64,000 nt of DNA from Cyanophora paradoxa CCMP329 (Eukaryota > Plantae > Glaucophyta), in assembly GCA_004431415.1 (NCBI GenBank), contig QPMI01000102.1, positions 62,001-126,000 of the forward strand. The letters are read 5' to 3'. Of this stretch, positions 38,001 through 49,200 are shown one piece after another. The translations under genes were made by a program, and so were the position numbers. How positions within the stretch are numbered: position 1 is the first letter of the stretch; each line of letters begins with the position of its first letter. The notes beneath the pieces were generated by a model. The model was not told where the DNA came from and did not search any database. It worked only from the letters and a program-made list of their open reading frames with translations.

Positions 38001-40006
38001 CGCCTCATCGCTTTGATCGCCGCTGCTGCTGCAGGTCCAGTCCTGGGGCGACGCCCTCGTCGACGCGTACCCCCTCCACGACCGCGCCGCGATGACGGAG
38101 GGCGAGGCCGCCGCGGCGCGCGACGGGCTCCGCAAGGTGGGAGCAAGTTTCTAATCTGAAAGATCTAGCTATAGCCAGAAAGATCTAGATATCTAGATAG
38201 ATAGAAAGATTTAGATATCTAGATCTATCTATATATCTAGGACGAGGCCGCCGCGGCGCGCGACGGGCTCCGCAGGGTGCGATATCGATGGGTGGAAGCT
38301 TAGGGATCGAATCTGAAAGACCTAGATATCTAGATTGAGCTCTAGATCTACTGGGCTAGCTCTAGATCTCGCGCGATCGACCACGCGAGATATCGATAAT
38401 CGACCGCGCGTGATATCTATAGCGATAGATGGAAGGATTGAATCTGATTTGTTCGGCGCGCGCAGGCGCGGGGGCTGCTGCGTCGCCTCTACCGCGAGGA
38501 CTACTACCCCTGCGCGGAGGCCGGGGGGGTACAGGACGGGCCCAGGGCCGAAGGGCTCGAGCTGAACGAGGACGAGGTGGGGATGCGTAATATGAGATTT
38601 GAACGGCTTCGAATACCGAGATTTCGACGCGCAGATCTGCACGGCGGTGGCCGAGGAGGCGAACCGGAGGCTGCTGGAGGCCGGCCTCCCCAAGGTCCCC
38701 GACGACCGCCTGCGGGTGCAGGTGGTGCGCCCCGCGCCGCGCGCCGCCGCGCGCCGACGACGACGTCGGCTCGTCGTCGCGCCAGCCGCAGCAACGCCGG
38801 CGCGGGCGCTGACTAGCTGACGCGGGGGGGAAACAGCTGCCGGTGGGGTACGGCAACAAGGACCGGAGCCCCCTCGAGAAGGTCGCGTGGCGCGGGACGC
38901 CCTACGTCGCCCCCACCGACGTGCGTACCCCCCCCCGGCCCCCCACCCCACCCACCCCACCCAAAAAAGGCCCCGAGCCGCTTCTCCCCCCCCTCCCCCC
39001 TCCCCCCCTCCCCCCCTCCCCCTTCCCCCTTCCCGACGTGGGGTTGCGCAGGAGCCGCGGGCTTTCCAGGCGAAGACGGTTCGCATCCACGTCGTCAGCG
39101 CCGGCGAGCTCGACGGCGAGGGCGAGTGGGTGCGCGGGCCCACTCGCTCGCGCTCTCGCGATCGTGTCATCGAGCCCTAAATGCATATCAACTCTAAGGG
39201 TATTGACTCTTAAGCTCTATTGGGTCTAACCGCGGCGGGCGCAGCCCCTTAAGCGCGACCTTAAGAGCGCGACCTTAAGAGCCCCTGGATCTACATCTAG
39301 TTTAATCCAGCTCTAACCGCGGCGGGCGCAGCGGTGCTCGGGGGAGCAGTTCGCGGCGGTGGAAGCGGCGCTGGGCGAGTGGCGCCGGCTCTGGGCGGAG
39401 AAGATGGAGAAGGCGGCCGAGGCGGCGCGGTCGGCCCAGGCTGAGAAGACTCCGACTAAAACTGCGAAGGAGGAGGAGGAGAAGGAGCCGAATGGAGCAA
39501 AGGCGGAGGCACCAGTCGTCGACGCCCCTTTCCCCTCTTCCCCTTCCTCCGCCTCGAGCTCGGCGGCGGTCGGGCTTTCGGCAACGGCGACGGAGGCCCG
39601 CGCGCGGCTGCCGGGCTTCGGCTTCATCAAAGTCAACCTGCCAATACTAAAGGAGGGCTCCTGCAGCAGCAGCGAGGGCGGCGACGGCGAAGGCGACGTC
39701 GGCCGCGAGCTCTCTTCTTCGCAGGACTCGGCCGTTTCGGAGCCGGGGCCGTGGCCTGCCGTCGACCTGAAAGAGGCGATGGAGAGCGCCGGCCGCGCCG
39801 GCCCCGCGGCCGCGGCCGGGCGGCGCCGCGGCGGCAGGAGCGCTAGCGCTAGCGCCGGAACCGAGGGCATGCGCAAGGTCTCGCGGACGCCGGGACACAA
39901 GAGGCCGCGGGGCTCGGAGCCTGAGGAGGAGGCGGCGGCCGCGGCCGAGGCCGAGCTTGCGGCCAGCCAGCAGCAGCAGCGCGCGCGGTCGAAGCGGAGT
40001 CGGTGA
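35034..40006 (+). CDS. SAMHD1-like HD-domain dNTP triphosphohydrolase
   Basis: Spliced DRVYGEI, KRLDGLRQLG, NHVRLAHSVGVAHLA, GLLHDVGHAMFSHLFE, HHE, IDVDRMDYVNRD, IYDQSAVKAAEAM and GYGNKDRSPLEKV. Confidence 0.88.
37633..37697. repeat. ~32-bp direct tandem duplication in a SAMHD1-like intron
   Basis: cttcgaccctcgctggactccagcctcgcagc occurs twice. Confidence 0.9.
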
Positions 40007-40859
40007 ACGCCAGCAATCAGCTCTAGATCAAATATATATACGTAGATACTAGGCCTAGGTGAAATCTTAGGCAGAGGCCTACGTTCAACGGTTAGCTTTA
40101 AAGACCTAGCCTAGAAGGGCTGAAGTAGATCTAGAAAAAGACAGATCTAGATAGCTCAATTGCTCAAGCTTAATATTCTGCAGCTGATCATGATCATGAG
40201 ACTCTCAGTCTGAGACTCTGAGACTCCAAGAAATGAAATCAGGGCAGCCCGGCTGCCCGCGGCCTGGCAGCTTGCAGGTGTATTTGATACTATGATATCG
40301 ATCATGGTCATGACCTGCCAGGCTGGTGATCATGAATTGAAGCCTTGAGTTGGGGTTCAACGGTTCCAGCTGCAGCCGCTGAGCTGGCCCGTGGCCATGC
40401 ATATGGCCATGGCTGCGCTTGCAGTGGCCGGGCTCATGATCACGTGCACGGTCGACGTCGGATCGAATATTTAATACCGCATGCACATATCTAGCTATAT
40501 ATAGATCCGATTTAGCCCCGTGACATCATGAGATAATGATCGATATCAGCCTGCCCCGCGCGCGGCCGCATGCGCAGTGCGCATGCTAGTCCCATGTACA
40601 CTCATCGCATTAGCATGCATGCATATGTGAAGCACTGAGCAGAATCAGAGCGAAAGATTCAATATAAGCCAGAACACTCTCGACATATACCTACTGTTGT
40701 AAAGTGGCATGTACATCATGATCATGATCAACGACTACTGAAATACGGAAGGGTACCGGTCTGCCTACGGTCTGCCTAGTCCTACGGGAAAGTAAGTACA
40801 CTGCAAGGGGCGGAGCAAGCAAGCATGAAATGAGGCGGAGCGGGGCGGGGCGACGACGG

Positions 40860-43169
40860 CTAGTCGTTGAGGGCGCAGAGGAGGGCGACGCCCTGCAGGA
40901 TCCAGTGGCTCTTACTCCTGTCGGTGGGGATGTCCACTTGGATCACTGCGGCACCGCACACGTACGCCGGTCAGACGTCGCCCGTGCTCGCTCGGCTCAG
41001 CGCAGAGAGAAACAAAGAAAGGCGCACCGAAGTTGGTGGACTGGCCGGTGGTGGAGAGGACGCCGGCGCGGACCGAGGTCTTGTACAGCGGCGCGCCATA
41101 CGTCGACGGCGGCGGCTCGTAGTCGACCTGCGCGGGCGGGCGGGGCGCAAGCGTGAGCAACAGCGAACTGACAAGGAGCGAATCTACGTCCATCCGACGG
41201 ACGGACCTGGGGCGTGAAGTGGATGACGGGCATGGGGGAGTACATCTCGCCGGGGAAGGACTCCTGGATGACGCGCGCCTTGCGGTCCCAGCGCGCCCCG
41301 TCCATGTAGAAGCCGTAGCAGTAGACGCCGTCCTCCGGCGCGTGCGTCAGCGCGTCGTGCTCCACGTCGAGCACCTTAGTTAAATTAACGTTAGTTTCGA
41401 CGTTTGTTTGGATGTGTTTATTTATGTTATACGACCGACCTTGAACCCGAAGTTGAGGGTGTTGATGGGGATCTTGTACTTGCGGGCGTACATTTGGAGG
41501 GCGCCCGTCATGAAGCCCTGCGGGAAGAAGAAGCCGGGGAGCCAGAAGGCCTTGGGGTGGCCCTCGAGCAGCCAGGTCCGCATGAAGGCGACGCGGGCGT
41601 GCAGGTCCTTCACCCACGAGCCCAGCGGCTTCAGCGACGGGTACGCGACCTTCTCCCAGATCTGAGCGGGCGGGGGCGAAGAGGACGGAATCAGAGACGG
41701 AAAGAAACAAGAGAGAGAGAGAAAGAGGGCGGAGGCGGGCGGACCGCGGGGACGCGGTTGTTGAGGATGGCGGTGAACATGTCGTCGAGCTGGAGGGTCA
41801 TGACGATGAGGCCCTTGATGGCCTTCTGCAGCTCCTCGAGCGAGCGCTTCATGGTGGAGAGCAGGCGGTTGAAGCGGTCCATCTCCTGGCCCAGCACGAT
41901 CGTCAGCGAGTCCATCTTCTCGAACGAGAAGCGGTTCTCGCCGCCGGCGGCGCGGTCCAGCGACTTGGGCAGCTTCGCCAGGATCTCGATCGCGAGCTCC
42001 ATGACGACGTCGTCGTTGGACTTGCCCCCGCCCGTCCCCGAGAAGCGCGGCTGGATGGAGAGGGCCGTGTCGATGACCTTGCCCGTCTCCTGCCGCTGGA
42101 AGCTGATGTTCGCGTTCTCGTGCATCCCGAAGATGTCGACGGTGTCCGTGTACGGCAGCTCGTCGATGTACTTCTTGTACACGCCGAGCGCCGCCTCCTC
42201 GGGCGCGTAGTAGACGCCCGAGGGCGTGAACTTGCAGCCCTCCTCGAGGACGGCCGGCGTGTAGTACTGCTCCAGGATGGCGTTGAGGCAGCGCCGGTCC
42301 AGGTCGTCCGTGACGCGCCCGCCGTAGTTGATCTCGCCCGTGACGTAGAGGAGCGCCTTCCAGGGGATCTCCTCCTGCTCCTCGAGGAACATCTTGAGCG
42401 TCGCCATCGCCACCTCGAAGTCGCTGTTGTTGAACTCGTAGCGGATGTTCCAGCCGAGCGGCCCGAACTTGCGGCGCTCCTGCACGACGGCGTGGAAGAA
42501 CGCGAGGCCGAAGAGGAGCTTCTTCCACGGCTGCGGCTTCGAGCAGCTCTCGAACTCCTGCTCGCTGAAGGTCGAGTAGGTGCCCATGAGGTTCGCGCGG
42601 ATGCCCCGCGGCGGCTCGAACGTCAGCTTGACGCCGCTCTGGAGGACGGGGACGGGGAAGTCGCGGGAGGGCATCGACGTGAGCCAGAGGCGGAAGTCCT
42701 CGTGGACGAACGTCGTCTCGGCGCCGAGGCCCTCGACGATCTTCTCGAGGGCGCCCATCCACGAGGCGGCGAGGTGGCAGTTCTGGAGGAGGACCCAGTC
42801 GCCGCTCTTGACCGACTCGGCGATCTGCGCCGCCGCGATGGGGCCCTGGCCCTGCCCCAGCGAGATGGCGTGCAGCCGGTCGCTGTAGTCGCGCTCCTTG
42901 GCGAACCGCATGATGGTGCCGACGGGGTCGGCGCCCTGCGAGAGGATGAAGATGATGGGCGAGCCCTTGGTCGTGTCGTTGAAGACGGTGGGGAGGGAGA
43001 GAGGCGGGCTCTCCGTGAAGGCCTTGCCCAGCTGGTTGCGCACGAAGTCGACGATGGCGAAGAGCAGCTTCTCTTCCCGGAAGGCCTTCAGCACGATCAG
43101 CTTCTGGAACGAGTGCAGGCTCGCATTCCACTTCCCGGGCAGCGGCTCCATATCTGAGAGAAACCGCGT

Positions 43170-43253
<84 letters not shown>

Positions 43254-46200
43254 CTAGCTAGAGGGGAACGCGTGGGCGCGCACGGGGGTTCTCGGACTCG
43301 AAGAAGGCCTTCCAGGCGGCGACGTTCTGCGCGACGTCGGCGCAGAAGTCCTTGAAGTGGACGAGGTCGTGCTGCACGCCGATGCAGAACTCCCACGCGA
43401 TCTCCGAGATCCACTCGGGCGCCGGGTTCGCCGGCTTCTCGCCGCCGTGCGCGTGGCCGACGGGCCCGCGCAGCAGCACGTTCCACTCCGAGTCGGAGAT
43501 GTCGCCGGCGTTGCGCATGATCTGGGCGCACATGACGAACGAGAAGATGGTCTTGTGCTGCTCGAAGAGGCCCCGGCAGACGTTGTTGAAGACGTTGACG
43601 GTGATGGTGTCGATGAGGCTCTGGAGGCGGGCCGGGAGGTCGTCCGCCTTCGGGCTGAGGGCGAGGCAGATGTCGAAGAGCTTGATGAAGTAGGTGAGGG
43701 AGAACTGCGCGCAAAGCCGTCACGATCAGAAAACCGCGTCGGGATCGACGGAAAGTCGGGATCGACGGAGAGGCGCACCTGGTACATGGGGTCGATGAGG
43801 GCGAGGTCGGCGATGACGAAGTAGAGGATGGAGCCGCGGTTGGCGACCTTGCGGTAGCCCTCGCGCGCCAGGTTGATGGACTTCTCCGTCTCCTCCGACT
43901 CCTTGACGCGCTGCTGGATGACGCCCGCCGTCAGCTTCGAGTCGGAGAGCGTGTTGATGAGGACGACGTCGTCGAGGATGTTCCCCTCCGACTGCGACAG
44001 GAGCCGCAGGATCTTGTCCTCCAGGTCCTTCAGCTGCTTCTTGTCGCCCGCCATCGTCACGACGAGGTGGTTCTTCTGGTTCTCCAGATCGGGCCGCTCG
44101 AAGCGCACGACGTTGCCCAGCAGCTGGTCCTCCAGGCCTCGGAGCGTCACCGTGAAGTTGATGATCGTCACCTTGATGCAGACCTCGGGGAGGTAGTGCG
44201 GGTTCGCCAGCTTCGTAGTCATGTAGAACTTGAACTTGGGGTCGTACTCGACGTCCGAGTCGCCGACGCGGATGAGCGTGCGGCCGCCCTGCTTGAAGAT
44301 CTGCTTCTGGAGGATGGGCTCGAGCGACGGGTCGAGCTCCTCGCCGATGTCCTCGAGCAGCACGGGCGAGCCGAGGCGGATGGAGGACTCCAGCGTCCGC
44401 AGGAAGTTGGCGTCCGTCATCTTGATGATCTTGAGCCCGTTCTTGCTCTCCATGTTCTTGACCCACTTGTTGGCCTGGCCCTGGGGGTCGATCATGAGCG
44501 GCCAGCGCCGCCCGCGCGTCACGAGGATGCCGTTCTCCGTCGAGAAGTCGTCGGTGGGGAGGCCCCATATGTTCCAGTCGCGCACGACGACGGGGTCCGC
44601 CAGGATCTTGTTCAGGTTGAAGTCCTTCATGACGGGGATGCCCCGCGCCTCGCACTTGGCGACCCAGCCCTCGACGAGCTGCTTCCGGAAGGGCGACGTG
44701 AAGGCCCCGAAGTAGGCGATGCAGGCCGACGAGAGGAAGACGTTGCCGACGAGGTCGTCGATCTGCTGCGTGAGGCTCTGCACGCTCTCCGCCCACCGCA
44801 CCGCCTCGTCCGCCAGCCCGACCGTCAGCTTCTCGGCGCGCTGCAGCCGCTTCTTCGTCGTGTCCTGCGCCTCCTCCAGGCGCCCCTTCTCCTCCTGCGC
44901 GTCCACCAGCGTCTTGGAGAGGTTCTCGACGTTGTCGAGCTCCCTCTGCAGCTGCTCCTGCTTCTCGTCGAGGTCCTTCTGCGCCGCCGCGAGCTTGTCC
45001 TCCATCTGCTTGAGGTTCATCCGCTTCGGCTCGACGACCTTGGCGACGCGGTAGTAGACGTCCATGGCGCGGACCCACAGGCAGAGCGACTTGGCCGCCT
45101 TGGAGACCTTCTCGACGATCTCGGGCTTGAACTGCTCGTCGTCGATGTACTTCTTGACCTTCTTGATGACGGCCTCGGGGATGTTGTCCTTGTCGTACGT
45201 CACCAGCTTGTTCATGAACTGCGTGTCCGAGAGGACCTGCTTCGCCGACGCCCAGTCCGGCTTCTTCTCGAGGAGGATGAGGACGGACTCCATGACCTTC
45301 TGCACGAGCTCCGGCGGCTTCGCGAACGACTTGATCTCGTTGATGTCGTTCTTGTTGAGGCTGTTCAGCGCCTCAATGGCGCCGTTGAGCGCGGGGAGCG
45401 CCTCGTCGAGGTCCTTGCGGGCGTCGTCGGCGAGCACCTTGACCTCCTCGGCCTTCACCTCCACCTGCGCCTTCTCCATGGCGACCACCTTGCTCTTCTC
45501 GTCGGCCTTGGCCTTCTCGACCGTCACGACCTCGAGCAGCTTGGCCGTCTCCGCTGACTTGGTCACGAGGATGGGCTGCAGCTTCTGCAGCTCGCCCTGC
45601 ATCTGCGCCACCAGCGCGTTCGTGTCGTTCAGCTTCGTCAGGCCGTTGTTCAGGCGGTCCCGCGCCGCCGACAGCTCCTCCCGTTTCTCCTCAATCATGC
45701 CCATGTCTGCGGGCGGGCGGGGAAGATCAGAGCGGGAAATGGCGGAACGGGAACCGAATCGCGACACAGGCGCACAGAGGTTGACGAGCTCGAGGTAGGA
45801 CTTGGGCGTGACGTAGAAGCGGCGGCGCAGCTGCTGGTAGAAGAGCGAGGCGCACTCGATGACGTCGTAGTGGATCTCGGCGCACATCTCAGCGAGGGCG
45901 CCGCGCAGCTCCGCGCGGTTGCCGAGCTCCATGTTCGCCAGGAACTTCTTCGAGACGGAGAGGAGCGCATCCTTGGGCCACTCCGAGAACCAGTCGATGG
46001 TGCAGCAGTTGACGAGCGAGGGGAACATGCGGCAGCGCGTGCGGAAGGCCTCGCCGACGGGGGACATGCAGAGGACGATGTGGAGGTTGTCGCGGACGCG
46101 GCTGACGAAGAGGTTGCGGACGTTGTCCCTCGTGTCGGGGATGTCCAGCTTCTTGCAGTGCGGCCGCACGTCGTTGATGATCTTGTCCATCTCGTCCTGG

Positions 46201-49200
46201 GCGAAGAGGTTCGGCACCTCGCCGCTGTTCAGGATGTTGTTGATGTCCTCCAGGAACGTCTCCCGGACGATCTGCGTGTCGGTGAAGAGGAAGGTCACGG
46301 GCTCGCCGAGGACGCCGGCCGTGTTGTACAGCTTCTTGAGGTCCTCCCGGAACTCGTTGTAGCCGTAGCCCTTCGTGAGCTCGATCTGGAAGATCTTGTA
46401 CTCGGCGATGAAGGAGGCGAGGCGGGTGAGCGACTGCTTGCCCGAGCCGCCGACGCCGACGAGCATGGCGTTGCCGCGCGGCTGGCGCAGGATGCGGGAG
46501 ATGCGGGCGATGTGCTCGATGGCGTCGTTGAAGAAGACGAGCTTCATCTCCTTGTTGGCGAGGTTGTACTCGTCGAGGTAGTCCTCCAGCAGGTGCGCGA
46601 CCTTCTTCATGTCCTTGAACTCCTCGTAGTTGCGCTCCTCGCGGGGCACGCCCATCTTGAGGAAGTCGCCGAAGAGCAGCGGCTGCTTTTCGAAGACATC
46701 CTCGTGCGTCCAGCCGAGCTTGAAGATGCGCTTGAGCAGCTCCGCCAGCAGGTTCGTGAAGTAGTTCTTGTCCTCGTTGTTGATGAGGCGGTCGTGGAAG
46801 ACGCGCAGGCACTCGTGCATCCAGAGGCGGACCATCTGGTCCGAGTGCGAGATGACGGTCGGCTTCGCCATGAGGACGCCCTGGAAGACCTTGGAGATGT
46901 CGCGGAGGTTGAAGGTGTAGTGGGACTTGGCGGGGATGGGGAGGAGGTCCTTCGAGATGCGCTCGTAGACCTCGACGGTGGCGTCCACCATGGAGAGGCA
47001 GAGGCCGCGGATGTCGGGCACGAAGACCTCGAAGAAGCCGCCGAGGATGGCCGCGAAGATCTTGCGGAGCGTGTCGTTCGAGGGCGGCGGGATGCACATG
47101 AGGTTGAAGTGCCGGACGAAGCGGGGCGTGAGCGGGTTGCGGCCGCCCCCGGGCGGGCCGCACGCCGCGCAGATCGTCACGTCCTCGATCTTCTTCCAGA
47201 AGAGCTTGTGGCGGTCGTAGAAGCCGCCGAAGTCGAGGAACTGGCGGAGGAGCTCGACGGGCGGCTGCGCGCCGTACACCTCCAGCGCCGGCATGTTCAC
47301 GTCGTCAACGAAGAGGATGACCTTCTTGCCGGGCGGGCCGCCGAGCAGCGTCTTCCGCTTCTTGTCGAGCTTGCCCTCGATGGTCTCCTGCGTCCGCCGC
47401 GAGTCGGTCTGCGCCGAGAAGCCGACCTCGACGGGCTGCCACGCGTGCTTCTCCGAGAGGCGCATGAGCATGTCCTGGATGACGACCGACTTGCCGACGC
47501 CCGTCACACCCGTCACGAGGCACGACTTCTCGATGAGGAAGAGGCGCTCGAGGAAGTAGGCGTAGCGGGTCGTGTCGACGGTCGGCACGAGCAGCTGGAA
47601 GTACGGGACCTCGCGCTTGTACACGAAGTTGGGCACGATCTCGCGCCACTGCTTGAAGGTGCCCGTCGGCACGTCCAGGTAGTAGTCGAACATCAGGTCC
47701 GAGGCGGGCATGTTGATGTTCCCGAAGACGTCGCGCACGGTCGAGTCGAAGCCGAGCATCGAGTCGGCGTCGAAGTTGGCCCCCAGGGACCAGATGTACG
47801 CCATGACGAAGACCTGGGAGACGAGGGGCTTCAGGTCCTCCACGGGCCGCGTGAAGTCGACGCCCTGGCCGTCCGCCACCAGCGCCTTGAAGAGGGCGCA
47901 GAGCGACGTGACGAGGTTGATGTCGACGGAGGGGACGAGCTCCTTGCCCTCCTTGCGGACGTACTGGAGGCCCTTGGGGACCGCCTCGTCGAAGTGCTGG
48001 AGGAGGTGCGCCCGCAGCTCCTCCGGGAACTTGGGGTTGAACTCGGGGAGCCAGGAGAGGACGTAGGGCCGCCAGCCGAGGTCGCTGGGCGTGAGGTAGA
48101 CCATGCCGCAGCGGGAGACGGTGGCCGGCGACGCGACGGCCAGGTCCTGCACCTCGAAGAGCATGCGCATCGTCTTGTTGAGCTTGATGCGCTCGCCGTT
48201 CGCCAGGCAGAGCGTCATGTTGTCGTCCAGCACCGTGTTCATGTTCTCGATCCAGAGGGCGTCGACGGGCCCGTCGAAGACGACCCACTTGCGGTTGTCG
48301 GTCGTGTCGCCGACGACCTCGCGGACGATGGAGGACGCGAGCCCGTCCGTCCACTCGTTCGTGAGCTTGTTGAACTCGCCGTAGAGCTCGCCCATCGTGA
48401 TCGACTTCGGGTTGAGGACGTACGTGAAGACCTTCTGGAAGGCGTCGTTGTCGGAGCCCTGCTCCCGCAGCTTCGTCATCGCCGCCTTGAGCATCTGGTA
48501 GCAGCGGGACTTGCCGCCGCCCGTCGGGCCGACGAGCATGACCCCGAAGCGGACGTTGAACGTCTCGAAGAGCTGGATGACCTTGAGGATGAACGGCTCG
48601 ACGAGCTGCAGGTTGTGCTCCGTGATCGACTCGCGGATGGCGACCTCGAGCTCGCCGTAGTCGTTCGACGGGATGTGCACGCTCGGGAAGAGGTCCGTGA
48701 TGATGTTCTGGAAGAGCGGCAGGTCCTCCGCCAGGAAACGCGGCACGTCTGCGGCGGAGGCGGCGGCAGAGTTAGCCGCAGGTGACCAATGGTGCGAACA
48801 ACGATTATTCGTTCACGCACTCGAGTCGCGGAGGGCGCGGATGAGCACGACGTCCTCGGAGAGGGTCGGGTTGCCGCGCTTCAGGGCGCCGGCCATGACC
48901 AGGACGGACTTGACCTGCCGCATGCCGAAGTCGTAGTGGTCCTGCTGCGAGAGCTGCTCGGAGCAGAGCTTGTACATCTTGACCATCTTCTGGGAGAGCG
49001 TCTTGGCCTCCGCGAAGCCCTCGGCGAAGAGCATGATTTCGGCGATGAGGCCGTAGTCGGGGACCATCATGGAGACGGGCCGGAAGAGGGCCTTCAGGTT
49101 GTCGGGGAGCTCGGTGCGGCCGGCGTAGCCCGGGTTCATCGTGATGAAGACGCCGCACGTGTTCTTGAGGGAGATCTCGGAGCCCTCGAAGGTGAAGCGG

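Noticed and set aside
44067-48785. Long + strand ORFs (496 aa and 971 aa) opposite dynein, and similar shadow ORFs elsewhere
   Set aside because: Antisense shadows caused by extreme GC3 codon bias; no recognisable domains.
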